IMG/VR virus record: IMGVR_UViG_3300012942_000102
Location: 1 to 31,627 of that record
Length of the DNA stretch: 31,627 bases
Source: a virus
Taxonomy: Duplodnaviria > Caudoviricetes
Direction: 5' to 3' (one strand)
In this document: piece by piece, positions 17,975-27,656 of the stretch
Numbering within the stretch: the stretch's first letter is position 1
Layout of the letters: the number at the start of each line of letters is the position of its first letter
Notes under the pieces: generated by a model
Database searches by the model: none
What the model was told of the DNA's origin: nothing
Seen by the model: only the letters and a program-made list of their open reading frames with translations
Program-made: the position numbers and the translations under genes

Positions 17975-19996
17975 ATGGCTCAAATCGTTGATGCTTTGCT
18001 GGTGACACTCGGTCTCGACCCGAGCGACTTCATCAAGGGTCAAAAGCAGGCGACCGAGTCGTTGAAGAAAACTGGCGACGAAGCCGACCGCGCCGCGAAG
18101 GACATGGAGGCCAAGGGCAAGCAGGCCGCCCAGTTCTTCGCTCAGATCAAGAAGGAAGTGCTCGGGCTCTTCGCGGTCTTCACGGCCGGCAAAGGCATGG
18201 AGGCGTTCGTCTCCGACGTAGTCTCCGGTGACGCCGCGGTTGGGCGCCTTGCGAAAAATGTCGGCATGACGACAGAAAGCCTTTCCGAGTGGGAAGGCGT
18301 GGCCGACCGTGCTGGCGGTTCCGCACAAGGAATTGCCGCGTCGCTGCAGAACATGGCGCAGCAGGCGCAGAACTTCCAGCTCCGCGGCGAGGCCTCTCAA
18401 TCGACCATCGAAGCGCTCGCGCGGATGCATATTGATCCGGGCAAGTTCCTCGGCGCGAGCACGAGCCAGACCGACCGGATGCTGGAACTGGCCGAAGCGT
18501 TCAGCCATCTGAGCGCGCCGGCCGCACAGATGTGGGGCAAGCAACTCGGATTGGACGAAGGCACGATCAATGTCCTGATGCGGGGTCGGCAGGCGGTTCA
18601 GGCGCTGCTGGCCGAGCAGGCGAAGATCGGCGCGACCAACGAGGCAGATGCTCAATCGGCTCAGCAGTTACAGACCGCATGGCGGGCACTCACCCAGTCG
18701 TCAACCGACCTTGGTCGAAAGATCCTAACGGGTCTATCGCCGTACCTTCAGCAACTCGCCGCCGCCCTGCTGCGCCTGTCCGAATGGGCTGCAACGCACC
18801 GCCCGATGGTCGAGGCGATGTTCTATGGCCTCGCTGCGGCTGCTACGGCTTTCGCTGTCATCATCGCGGCGCCTGTTGCCGGTGTCGCTGCGCTTGCGGC
18901 TGGGATCGGCGTAGCAGTCGCTGCCATTGCGGTGCTGTACGACGACTGGAAAACGTGGATCGACGGCGGTCAGTCTGCCTTCGGCGGCTTTTGGCAATTT
19001 TTCGCTGATGCGTGGAATTCGGTTGCATCGATCGTCGGGCCGGCCTTCGCATATCTTGCAAGGCTGTTCGACGACTATTTCGCCGATGCGCGAGACGTCC
19101 TTAAGCTGGTCGTTGGGTTGTTCTTCGGAAGTGCAGATGATGTCCGCAAAGCATGGGCATCGCTCGGCGCGGACATTCAGAAACAGACACAAGATTGGGT
19201 TAAATTCTTCGATAGCGCGGTCAAAGCGATACTCGGCCTGAACGATATGCTCGCCAAAGCGATCGTCGCGGCCTTTAAGGGTGCTTTCAACTATATCGAA
19301 GATCGTGCGAAAGTTGTATGGGATCTGATTACAGGCAAGAAGCACGATAATCCCGATGCGGCACCCGTAGGTACTTCTACCGCACCCGCCAACTCTCCGT
19401 CGGCACCGTCCGCTCTAGTCAAGGGGACATCTGTACTCGCTGAGGCAATGGCTGCGGCGAAGGCATCGGAAGAAAAGTACGGCATCCCGGCATCGGTAAC
19501 GCTCGCCCAGTTCGCGCTCGAAAGCGGTAACGGGGCGCATATGCCGGCAGGGAGCAACAATCCCTTCGGCATCAAGGCGAAGCCTGGGCAAGCCTATGTC
19601 GAGGCTCAGACCAACGAGTTCATCAACGGTCGGATGCAGCGGGTCACGCAGCGTTTTGCGAAATTTGACTCGCTGGCCGATGCATTCGATGCTCATGCGA
19701 AGCTACTTGCTACGGCGGCTCCTTACGCCGCAGCGCGTGCGCACGCAGACGACCCGAAGGCATTCGCCAATGCGCTGACTGGCACATATGCGACCGACCC
19801 GATGTATGGCGCCAAGCTAAACGCGATTATGGCGCGAAACTCCGCAGGCGCAGCACCCAGCAGCAAGACCGATGTGAATGTCAACCAGATCACCGTACAG
19901 ACTGCGGCGACGGATGCGCGCGGCATCGCCCGGGATATCGGTGGCGCCATGCAAAACAATCTCCTGATCTCGCAGGCCAATACAGGACTTAGCTGA
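17975..19996 (+). CDS. tape measure protein with C-terminal GH73 (FlgJ-like) peptidoglycan hydrolase domain
   Basis: Ala-rich helical body; AQFALESG..NNPFGIKA..YATDP.Y at about 19440-19840. Confidence 0.9.
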   Translation: MAQIVDALLVTLGLDPSDFIKGQKQATESLKKTGDEADRAAKDMEAKGKQAAQFFAQIKKEVLGLFAVFTAGKGMEAFVSDVVSGDAAVGRLAKNVGMTTESLSEWEGVADRAGGSAQGIAASLQNMAQQAQNFQLRGEASQSTIEALARMHIDPGKFLGASTSQTDRMLELAEAFSHLSAPAAQMWGKQLGLDEGTINVLMRGRQAVQALLAEQAKIGATNEADAQSAQQLQTAWRALTQSSTDLGRKILTGLSPYLQQLAAALLRLSEWAATHRPMVEAMFYGLAAAATAFAVIIAAPVAGVAALAAGIGVAVAAIAVLYDDWKTWIDGGQSAFGGFWQFFADAWNSVASIVGPAFAYLARLFDDYFADARDVLKLVVGLFFGSADDVRKAWASLGADIQKQTQDWVKFFDSAVKAILGLNDMLAKAIVAAFKGAFNYIEDRAKVVWDLITGKKHDNPDAAPVGTSTAPANSPSAPSALVKGTSVLAEAMAAAKASEEKYGIPASVTLAQFALESGNGAHMPAGSNNPFGIKAKPGQAYVEAQTNEFINGRMQRVTQRFAKFDSLADAFDAHAKLLATAAPYAAARAHADDPKAFANALTGTYATDPMYGAKLNAIMARNSAGAAPSSKTDVNVNQITVQTAATDARGIARDIGGAMQNNLLISQANTGLS

Positions 19997-20589
19997 TGGC
20001 GTCCGGCATTCCCTCGCTACTCAACCAGGTGGCGCAGGTAACGAACGATGTTGCATTGGTCGTTGCCGACGCCCCGAACATCCTGAACGTGTTCGCTGGC
20101 CCGCAATGGGGCATCGGGCAGAACGGCTTTTTCGTGCTCGTTCCGGATTCGATCATCTCGATCGACTACAAGAACGACTGGAATCTGCCCGACTACCCGA
20201 TGGAGCCGAACGCCTTTGGCAACTACAACAAGGTCAACACTCCCTTCGACGTCCGTGTGCAGATGACGAAGGGTGGCACCGTTGCCGAGCGATCTGCCTT
20301 CCTCGATGCCGTCGAAGCCATAGCGCAATCGACTGACCTCTACGATGTGGTGATGCCAGAGCGCGTGCTGTCGAATGTCAATGTGACTCACTTTGACTAC
20401 CGGCGCACATCCACGGCCGGCGCGGGTCTGCTGACGGTCGATCTGTGGCTACTCGAAATACGGATCGCCGCTGCGCCGTCGTTCGCCAATACGGCACAAC
20501 CGAGCGGCGCTGATCCGGTCAACACCGGAACGGTACAACCGCAGACGCCGACTACGAGCCAGTCGGCCGCAGCAAGTCTGGCTACTTGA
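19996..20589 (+). CDS. baseplate / tube initiator (Dit-like) protein
   Basis: DYPME....YNKV..P motif; follows the tape measure. Confidence 0.7.
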   Translation: MASGIPSLLNQVAQVTNDVALVVADAPNILNVFAGPQWGIGQNGFFVLVPDSIISIDYKNDWNLPDYPMEPNAFGNYNKVNTPFDVRVQMTKGGTVAERSAFLDAVEAIAQSTDLYDVVMPERVLSNVNVTHFDYRRTSTAGAGLLTVDLWLLEIRIAAAPSFANTAQPSGADPVNTGTVQPQTPTTSQSAAASLAT

Positions 20590-20911
20590 GTGGCTGAAAT
20601 GCGGGGGTCGGATGCAGGCACTCCATGAATAGCTGTGACTGAAGTTCATCGCTGGCCGGAATGGCGAAGCGCTGATCGAAGTAAACCAGATTGATGGCCT
20701 TTTTCATGAATGCTTCGTCAACGTCAGCACCGAACGCGTTTTTCGTCCTCGCGAAGGTGTCCTGCGGGGTTAGTCCGTTATCACGCCATTGAAGCGCGTT
20801 GTTGATGACAAGCGATCTGAACATGCAGTCATGGGTCTTCTGTTCGCCCGGTGTCGTGGCAGATGCGGCGAACGGCATGAATAAGGCTGCAGCAACGATA
20901 AAGCACCTCAT
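20582..20911 (-). CDS. exported hypothetical protein (antisense moron)
   Basis: GGGAG RBS, signal peptide MRCFIVAAALFMPFAASA, one Cys pair in the mature part; fills the gap between + strand genes. Confidence 0.7.
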   Translation of the reverse strand: MRCFIVAAALFMPFAASATTPGEQKTHDCMFRSLVINNALQWRDNGLTPQDTFARTKNAFGADVDEAFMKKAINLVYFDQRFAIPASDELQSQLFMECLHPTPAFQPLK

Positions 20912-20939
20912 GGTCTACTCCCTGGGTGGTTAGAAAGTA

Positions 20940-21272
20940 ATGCTGATAATCCCCATCAACGACACTTACAGCCAGACGCTGACCATTCAGCTTGCTGGTC
21001 AGAACTGCAAGATCAATCTGTATCAGAAATCGACGGGCTTTTACTGCGATCTATACGTGAACGATGAGCCGATCGTTGTCGGTGTCATCTGCCAGAACCT
21101 GAACCGGATTGTGCGCAGCGCCTATCTCGGGTTCATTGGCGATCTTAACTTCTTCGATACGCAAGGCTCGGCGACCATTCCGAGCAATGGGCAAGACCCG
21201 ACTAGCCCAGGACTCGGCACGCGATTTCTGTTCCGATATCTCGAAGCCACCGATCTGGACGGAGCCTCATGA
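20940..21272 (+). CDS. baseplate protein (plug-like)
   Basis: QTLTIQLAGQNC.I.L.QK..G.Y.DL and YLGFIGDL.F.DTQG motifs. Confidence 0.75.
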   Translation: MLIIPINDTYSQTLTIQLAGQNCKINLYQKSTGFYCDLYVNDEPIVVGVICQNLNRIVRSAYLGFIGDLNFFDTQGSATIPSNGQDPTSPGLGTRFLFRYLEATDLDGAS

Positions 21273-22129
21273 TGTCGTTCGCGCGCAAACGGATTGATAT
21301 CACGTTCAGGCTCGGAACAGGGACCTTCGGCAACTCTGGCGCCAATACGATTACGGTCACCGGACTTCGTACCCATGTAGATGCGAAGGCGACTGGCGGC
21401 GATGCAATGCCTAATCTGGCGTTGAAGATTTTCGGTTTGCCGCCTGGAATGATGAACCAGTTGACCAGCATTGGCTTTGTCAACTCCGGGATGCGAAACA
21501 ATTCAGTTATCGTGGCCGCAGGGGATGATGGGTCAGCGCTGACGACGGTTTTTTCCGGGACCATCTGGCAGGCATGGGCAGACTATGACCAGATGCCGGA
21601 GGTGTGCCTCAACGTTACGGCGAATGGCGGCGGATTGGCGAGCTTGAAGCCCGTCAATGCACTGAGCTTTCAGGGAACTGCGGATGTCGCGAGCATCATG
21701 CAAGGCCTGGCGCAAACGATGGGATTCGGCTTTGAGAACAATGGCGTCAATGTCAAGCTGCAAAATCCCTACTTCGCCGGCACCGCGCTGGCCCAGATGC
21801 GAGCCTGCGCGCGAGCAGCGAACATCTACGCGCAGATTGATCGTGATGTTCTGGCTATCTGGCCAAAGAACGGCAGCCGCGGCGGCGAAGTCCCCGTCAT
21901 CTCGGCTGCGACCGGCATGATCGGCTTCCCCAAGTTCTCCAGCAACGGAATACAGGTGGCGACGCTGTTCAATCCGTCGCTTCGGATTGGCCAAAGGATT
22001 CAGTTGCAAAGCTCCCTTACGCCCGCCTGCGGAACATGGGAAGTTTTTGGGCTTGCCCATTCGCTCGATAGCGAAACGCCGAACGGCCACTGGTTTTCCT
22101 CATTCCTTGCCATCCCGGCGGGATCATGA
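21269..22129 (+). CDS. baseplate hub protein
   Basis: 286 aa; AGD....VFSGTI and TGMIGFP motifs; synteny. Confidence 0.75.
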   Translation: MMSFARKRIDITFRLGTGTFGNSGANTITVTGLRTHVDAKATGGDAMPNLALKIFGLPPGMMNQLTSIGFVNSGMRNNSVIVAAGDDGSALTTVFSGTIWQAWADYDQMPEVCLNVTANGGGLASLKPVNALSFQGTADVASIMQGLAQTMGFGFENNGVNVKLQNPYFAGTALAQMRACARAANIYAQIDRDVLAIWPKNGSRGGEVPVISAATGMIGFPKFSSNGIQVATLFNPSLRIGQRIQLQSSLTPACGTWEVFGLAHSLDSETPNGHWFSSFLAIPAGS

Positions 22130-22884
22130 ATCAAGACAGCTATCTCGGGTTAGCCGACCCCACTTCGGCTGATGGCGACTACAATGCGCATGCCTTCCTC
22201 GTCTGGCAGATCCTGCAGTCGATCAGTGGCGCGCGGCTCGTCAGGGTAATAGGTGTAACGAACGCAGGGAGTGTCTCGCCTGTCGGCTTTGTCGATGTGC
22301 AGCCGCTCGTGAACCAGCTCGACGGCTGGAACAACGCGGTGCCGCACGGCACGATCTACCATCTTCCGTATTTCCGACTGCAGGGCGGCACCGACGCCGT
22401 GATCATCGACCCGAAGATCAACGACATCGGCGTAGCCGTCATTGAGGATCGCGACATATCGTCGGTGAAGGCAACCAAAGGACAGGCCAATCCCGGGTCG
22501 AAGCGAATCTTCGACATGGCCGATGGGCTGTATATCGGCGGTTTTTTAAACGGCACTCCGGTGCAGTACATACAGTTCTCGGCTTCTGGAGTCGACATCG
22601 TCTCGCCGACGCAGATCCGGTTGGCTGCCCCAACCATCGTGATGCAAGCGACGCAAACTATCGGGCTAACCGCTGGTACGCAAATCACGAATTCGGCTCC
22701 GACGATCGAACTCGACGGCCAGATCGACCAAGGCAACGGCCCCAATGAGGGCAACGCGAGCATTCAAGGGACGCTTACTGCAGGTACGGACGTCGTGGCA
22801 GATGGAGTTAGCCTCGTCAACCATCTCACAACTGGCGTTCAACCCGGCAGCGGAATATCTGGCAAACCTCAGTCGGGAACTTGA
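22126..22884 (+). CDS. baseplate central spike (gpV/gp138-like)
   Basis: VDVQPLV, R.FDMADG, beta-repeat C-terminus ending VSLVNH..GVQPG. Confidence 0.85.
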   Translation: MNQDSYLGLADPTSADGDYNAHAFLVWQILQSISGARLVRVIGVTNAGSVSPVGFVDVQPLVNQLDGWNNAVPHGTIYHLPYFRLQGGTDAVIIDPKINDIGVAVIEDRDISSVKATKGQANPGSKRIFDMADGLYIGGFLNGTPVQYIQFSASGVDIVSPTQIRLAAPTIVMQATQTIGLTAGTQITNSAPTIELDGQIDQGNGPNEGNASIQGTLTAGTDVVADGVSLVNHLTTGVQPGSGISGKPQSGT

Positions 22885-23231
22885 TGGACACCCTTTACCT
22901 CAATGAGAACTGGGATCTGGAACTAGACATCAGCGGCAATATCGCGCTTGCCAGCGCTCCCTATGCACTGGCGCAGGATGCCGCATCTGCCTGCCGGACG
23001 TTCCTCGCGGAGTGCTGGTACGACCAGACCATCGGCATACCGTATTGGGAGCAGATCCTCGGGCACTGGCCGTCACTGATGATCGTCAAATCGCAACTCG
23101 TCTCCGCAGCAATGACGGTCCCGGGAGTTGTAAGCGCTCAGGCATTCATTACGGGCGTCATCGACCGAAAACTGACTGGGCAGATTCAGGTGACTGATTC
23201 CGCTGGAAACACTTCTGCCGCAGCCTTCTAG
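22881..23231 (+). CDS. baseplate wedge protein (gp25-like)
   Basis: WDL.LD.SGNIA and ECWYD...GIPY motifs. Confidence 0.75.
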   Translation: MMDTLYLNENWDLELDISGNIALASAPYALAQDAASACRTFLAECWYDQTIGIPYWEQILGHWPSLMIVKSQLVSAAMTVPGVVSAQAFITGVIDRKLTGQIQVTDSAGNTSAAAF

Positions 23232-23251
23232 GCCTTGCAACTCCTCTCGAT

Positions 23252-23276
23252 AAAGCCGCCTCCGGGCGGCTTTTTT
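23252..23276 (+). terminator. intrinsic terminator
   Basis: AAAGCCGCC-TCCG-GGCGGCTTTTTT. Confidence 0.75.
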
Positions 23277-23283
23277 ATTGCCC

Positions 23284-24480
23284 ATGACGACTCAAGTACC
23301 GCAACCCACTTTCGGGGTGGCCGGCTTCGTCGCGCCCGCCGAGTCTGCGATTCTCGATGGTGTTCAGGCCGACATCAATCAGGCTTTTGGCGGTAACGTT
23401 AATCCGGGCCTGACGACGCCACAGGGTCAACTCGCGCAAAGTACGACCGCGATTATCGGCGATAAGAACGATCAATTTCTTGCGCTCGCGAATGGTGTCG
23501 ATCCCGCATATGCATCGGGCCGCATGCAGGATGGCATCGGCCGCATCTACTTCATCGAGCGCAACCCCGCAGAACCGACTGCTCTCGAAGTGTCCTGCAT
23601 GGGCGCAGTCGGCCTGTCGATTCCGCTCGGTGCGCTGATCAGCGACCCAGACGGCAACATCTACGTCTGCACACAGGCCGGCATCATCCCGTCGTCCGGC
23701 ACGATCACGCTGTCATTCGCGAATCAGGTCACTGGCCCGACACCAGTACCTGCTTCCGTCTCGATCTATCAGGCGATTCCTGGATGGGACAGCGTTACGC
23801 TGATATCGGGCGTCATCGGGCAGAACGTCGAATCCCGCGCGGACTTCGAATACCGGCGTCAGCAGTCCGTGGCGATCAACTCGGCCGGGTCGGTCCCATC
23901 CGTCCGCGCGAATGTGCTAGCCGTGTCGGGCGTGCTCGACGCCTACGTGACGGACAACCCGCTCGGCACGTCAGTTACGATCGGCGACTACACGCTCAAG
24001 CCGAACTCGCTATATGTCGGTGTCTTCGGCGGGGCCGCGCAGGACATCGCCAACGCGATCTGGACACGCAAATCGCCGGGCTGCAACTACAACGGCGACA
24101 CGACGGTAACCGTCTACGACACGTCAGTTGGGTCGCAGCCCTACCCTTCGTATCAGGTAACGTATCAGACACTGACTGCCGTTCCGATCCTGTTCGCCGT
24201 GCAGATCGTCAACAACCCGAACCTGCCATCGAACTACGTCCAATTGATCCAGAGCGCCATCATCGCCGCATTCACTGGCGCTGACGGTGGATCCCGAGCG
24301 CGCAGCGGCACGACGCTCTACGCCGGCCGGTACTACCAGGGCGCACAGGCAGTAGATCCTTCCGTTGAAGTGCTGTCGATCCAGTTGGGCACGACGACTG
24401 CGAATGCGAACAGCGTCGTTATGGGAATCGACCAGACGCCGACAATCACGGCGGCGAATATTTCGGTGACGACGGTGTAA
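23284..24480 (+). CDS. baseplate J / gp47-like wedge protein
   Basis: TPQGQLA, DP..ASGRMQD.IG and ESRADFE.RR motifs. Confidence 0.9.
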   Translation: MTTQVPQPTFGVAGFVAPAESAILDGVQADINQAFGGNVNPGLTTPQGQLAQSTTAIIGDKNDQFLALANGVDPAYASGRMQDGIGRIYFIERNPAEPTALEVSCMGAVGLSIPLGALISDPDGNIYVCTQAGIIPSSGTITLSFANQVTGPTPVPASVSIYQAIPGWDSVTLISGVIGQNVESRADFEYRRQQSVAINSAGSVPSVRANVLAVSGVLDAYVTDNPLGTSVTIGDYTLKPNSLYVGVFGGAAQDIANAIWTRKSPGCNYNGDTTVTVYDTSVGSQPYPSYQVTYQTLTAVPILFAVQIVNNPNLPSNYVQLIQSAIIAAFTGADGGSRARSGTTLYAGRYYQGAQAVDPSVEVLSIQLGTTTANANSVVMGIDQTPTITAANISVTTV

Positions 24481-24482
24481 CG

Positions 24483-25154
24483 ATGCAGAACGTCGAAGCG
24501 ACATTTCTTAGCCAGTATGCGAATAGCGCTCGGCTCATCGCCCTTATCGGGAATCTCAACGATTGCGTAGATCCTGCCGCCGATATTGATGCATTTTTCC
24601 AAAATGTCTGGAATATTGATACCGCCGTCGGCTATGGCCTCGATTGCTGGGGGCGCATCGTAGGACTTCCGAACGGCCGGATCCTCAAGATTCCCGATGA
24701 CCAGATCTACATCGGGTTCAGTGAAGCTGGCACGGAGAGCGCCGCCCCTCTTAGCCAGGCTCCTATCTACCCCGGCTATAGATCGACCCAGAACTTTTCG
24801 CTGTCCGATGATGCATTTCGCACACTCATCCTCGTGAAAGCGATGGCAAATATTCTGGATGGCTCGATCCCGTCGTACAACAAATTGCTGCAATTGCTGT
24901 TTGCCGGTCGTGGACGTTGCTACATAAACGATGTCGGCAACATGCAGATGCGGTACACATTCGAGTTTTATCTCGAACCATTTGAACTGGCGATCATCAC
25001 ATCGTCGGGGATCCTGCCTCGCCCAACCGGCGTCCTGGCTTCATCCATTCAGGTTCCCGTGCCGAACATCATCGGCTTCCGTGAACAGGGTGCTGGTGTC
25101 GCGCCGCTGAGCCAGGGGACGCTGTACAGCAGCGGAACCGTCTACACCTCCTGA
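24483..25154 (+). CDS. baseplate protein (DUF2612-type)
   Basis: SQYANS, WNIDTA.GYGLD.WGRIVG, LSDD.FR.LI.VKA and LPRPTGV motifs. Confidence 0.85.
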   Translation: MQNVEATFLSQYANSARLIALIGNLNDCVDPAADIDAFFQNVWNIDTAVGYGLDCWGRIVGLPNGRILKIPDDQIYIGFSEAGTESAAPLSQAPIYPGYRSTQNFSLSDDAFRTLILVKAMANILDGSIPSYNKLLQLLFAGRGRCYINDVGNMQMRYTFEFYLEPFELAIITSSGILPRPTGVLASSIQVPVPNIIGFREQGAGVAPLSQGTLYSSGTVYTS

Positions 25155-25170
25155 TCTTTTATCTTCTCTC

Positions 25171-25200
25171 AAGGCCCGCAATCGTGGGCCTTTTCCTTTT
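25171..25200 (+). terminator. intrinsic terminator
   Basis: AAGGCCCGC-AATC-GTGGGCCTT followed by TTCCTTTT. Confidence 0.7.
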
Positions 25201-25209
25201 GGGTTTCAT

Positions 25210-26358
25210 ATGCAGGCAAGCCAGACTCCTACTCTTGTCCCTCTCGCATTCGCGGCAAACGGCAACAAGAATACGATCCCGGAAGATTCCCAGATTGGGG
25301 TAACTCCTGGCGCAGCATCACTGCAGGACGGATTTCCTCCGCTGACGATGACGCCGATCGCAGCGGGCGGCATTCCTATGTCAGGGCCGGACTTGAATGG
25401 CATTCTGAATCTCGCGACGCAATCCATCCGCTGGCAACACGCGGGCGGACTTTACAGTTACAACTCCACCTTTGCCAACGATGCAAATGTCGGCGGCTAC
25501 CCGCGTGGGGCTGTCTTGATGGCCGCCAATCAGAGTGGTTTGTGGCTCAACAGTGCTGACAACAACACGACAAACCCGGACGTGGGCGGCGCGGGATGGG
25601 CGCCGCTCGTCTCCGGCGTCGTCGGCCAGGCCCGCAACCTCTCGATGTCCGTCACCGCAGTCAGCGCAACGGCAACGATGACCGCAGACGAAATCATCGT
25701 AGAGTCGGCGCTGGGCGGTCTGCGGTACTGCCTGCCGTCGTTCAACAAGACGATCAATCTCGCAACGACCGGCGCGGGCGGGATGGATGCCGGGACGGCG
25801 CCTGCGTCAGGTTTTGTCGCAGTGTATGCGATCTACAATCCGACCACTGGCGCGAGCGCACTATTGGCGACGAATGCGACTGCCGTGAAAGCGCCGGAAG
25901 TGTATGGCGGTGCGAACATGCCGGCCGGCTATACGGCGAGCGCGCTGGTGAGCGTGTGGCCGACAAATAATGCGGGGAATTTTCAGATCGGCCAGCAGAA
26001 TGATAGATTTTTTTTGCGTACTGGGATCACGATTCTTTCTACTTCGACCCCGCAACCTTCACTGGTATCACTTGACATTTCGTCCTTTGTTCCCGCTAAT
26101 GCCAAGACGATCAGCGGCACAGGAAACATTGCTACGAATAGCGGATCGTATAACCTATCTTTTTCCGTTGCGGGATCGGTGGTTGGTCGGGGAACAAAGA
26201 CCTGGCTTATTAGCCAGACCTGGTCGAACGGCCAAGGATTTGGCGTTCAGTTCGAGGATGTCGCCCTTGTCACTCCTCAGACCATGGCGTATGCATTCTC
26301 GGGCGGGTCTGGATCGACTCCTACATTGTCGCTATTTAATAGCGGATACACTATCTAA
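25210..26358 (+). CDS. tail fibre protein
   Basis: N-terminus ASL.DGFPPLTM.PIAAGG.P..G.D.NGIL and GGYP.GA; variable C-terminus. Confidence 0.85.
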   Translation: MQASQTPTLVPLAFAANGNKNTIPEDSQIGVTPGAASLQDGFPPLTMTPIAAGGIPMSGPDLNGILNLATQSIRWQHAGGLYSYNSTFANDANVGGYPRGAVLMAANQSGLWLNSADNNTTNPDVGGAGWAPLVSGVVGQARNLSMSVTAVSATATMTADEIIVESALGGLRYCLPSFNKTINLATTGAGGMDAGTAPASGFVAVYAIYNPTTGASALLATNATAVKAPEVYGGANMPAGYTASALVSVWPTNNAGNFQIGQQNDRFFLRTGITILSTSTPQPSLVSLDISSFVPANAKTISGTGNIATNSGSYNLSFSVAGSVVGRGTKTWLISQTWSNGQGFGVQFEDVALVTPQTMAYAFSGGSGSTPTLSLFNSGYTI

Positions 26359-26367
26359 GGATTCACA

Positions 26368-26568
26368 ATGGCGGATTCAATTGCGGTGCAATTTTCGGAG
26401 GATGCCGAGCAAACAATCATTACGTTTCTCGGCATCACTACCCACGAGCCAGACAAGAACGAATGGCCCAACAGCACGATCATCACGACTGATGATGCAA
26501 GGTATGAAACCTACTACAACGCACAGTGGCCAATGATTCAGGCGGGACTTCCGGCTCCGGGCTCCTGA
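26368..26568 (+). CDS. small tail-fibre-associated protein
   Basis: AAGGA RBS; VQFSED..WPN....DD.RY..YY; directly after the fibre gene. Confidence 0.65.
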   Translation: MADSIAVQFSEDAEQTIITFLGITTHEPDKNEWPNSTIITTDDARYETYYNAQWPMIQAGLPAPGS

Positions 26569-27569
26569 TCCGTCAATTTACGTTCGATCTGGCATAGTTT
26601 TTCCTCCAGATGCCATATCAATCGTTCCTTGTCGATAACGACCTTTTCTAGTTCTGAGGCGCGATATTCGAAAACGCGAACTTGTTGCTCCGCTGATTCA
26701 GCCCTGGCTATCAACGCTTCAATGTCGTGGGGACGAAGGTGTGATTCTGGTGGCATAAATGCCGTTCGTTTCGCGAGATACTTATTCAGCGCTGCTTCGA
26801 CATCGGAGCGATTGAACCCAGCGAGCAGATTGGAGAACTTGTTGTGGTTCAGATGTTCGTGGGCGACATGATAAGCGGCATTGTCTTCGGTCAGATCGTG
26901 GATTTCGGTGCCATGCACGGCGAACGCACATGGGAACACCTTCAACAGACGCTCACGAAATTCCGGAATTGTCATTCGACGGAACATGGAGAGACACCAA
27001 TGATTCATCTCCATGAAAACGAGCGGGCCGTAAGCGTCGAATGTCTTTTTTGAGCCCTCGAATACATCCAGCTCAAAGCCTTCAACGTCGATTTTCATGG
27101 CGTCCAGTCGCGCGAGCCCGGTCTGGTCGAGAACATCGTCCAGACGATGGACTGGAACCCGCTCTACGAAGTGGTTGCTGCCCTTGATGGAGAACTTGTC
27201 CGCAATAAAGGAACCGGCCAGGAAATCGGGATTCCCCTGCATCTCCAGTTCGCCACTCTCCGCGCCAAGCGCAAAATTGTGCAAACTGACATTTGGCGCA
27301 CGAACGTTCCGCTGCAGTAATGCATATGTACGAGGGACCGGCTCAATCGCCGCAATTCGTCCTGCGGGACAGAACTGTGAGAGACCGATGGCAGTGAAGC
27401 CAATATTTGCCCCTACGTCGATAACATGCGAGTCGGGAGCTACTATCGACGACAGGATTTCGAGTGTCATCGGCTCAAAGGTGTCCCCCATGCTGCTCAG
27501 GTACCCCACGTCGCCGGTGATATCGTGGAGCGCATCAGCAATGCGAATTTTCCGCGTCTGTAGTCTCAT
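26538..27569 (-). CDS. FkbM-family SAM methyltransferase with C-terminal coiled coil
   Basis: IDVGANIG, AIEP and KIDVEGFE motifs; heptad-like tail; visibly lower GC. Confidence 0.9.
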   Translation of the reverse strand: MRLQTRKIRIADALHDITGDVGYLSSMGDTFEPMTLEILSSIVAPDSHVIDVGANIGFTAIGLSQFCPAGRIAAIEPVPRTYALLQRNVRAPNVSLHNFALGAESGELEMQGNPDFLAGSFIADKFSIKGSNHFVERVPVHRLDDVLDQTGLARLDAMKIDVEGFELDVFEGSKKTFDAYGPLVFMEMNHWCLSMFRRMTIPEFRERLLKVFPCAFAVHGTEIHDLTEDNAAYHVAHEHLNHNKFSNLLAGFNRSDVEAALNKYLAKRTAFMPPESHLRPHDIEALIARAESAEQQVRVFEYRASELEKVVIDKERLIWHLEEKLCQIERKLTDQEPGAGSPA

Positions 27570-27656
27570 TGGTCTATCGGTGGTAGTTATGTGATTTTCA
27601 TATCGCTATCGCAAGGATGTGCGGCGCGCAGGGCATTATATATAGAACCCCGATGA

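Noticed and set aside
25210-27600. Diversity-generating retroelement or invertible tail-fibre cassette
   Set aside because: No reverse transcriptase, invertase, duplicated template repeat or second fibre tip seen.
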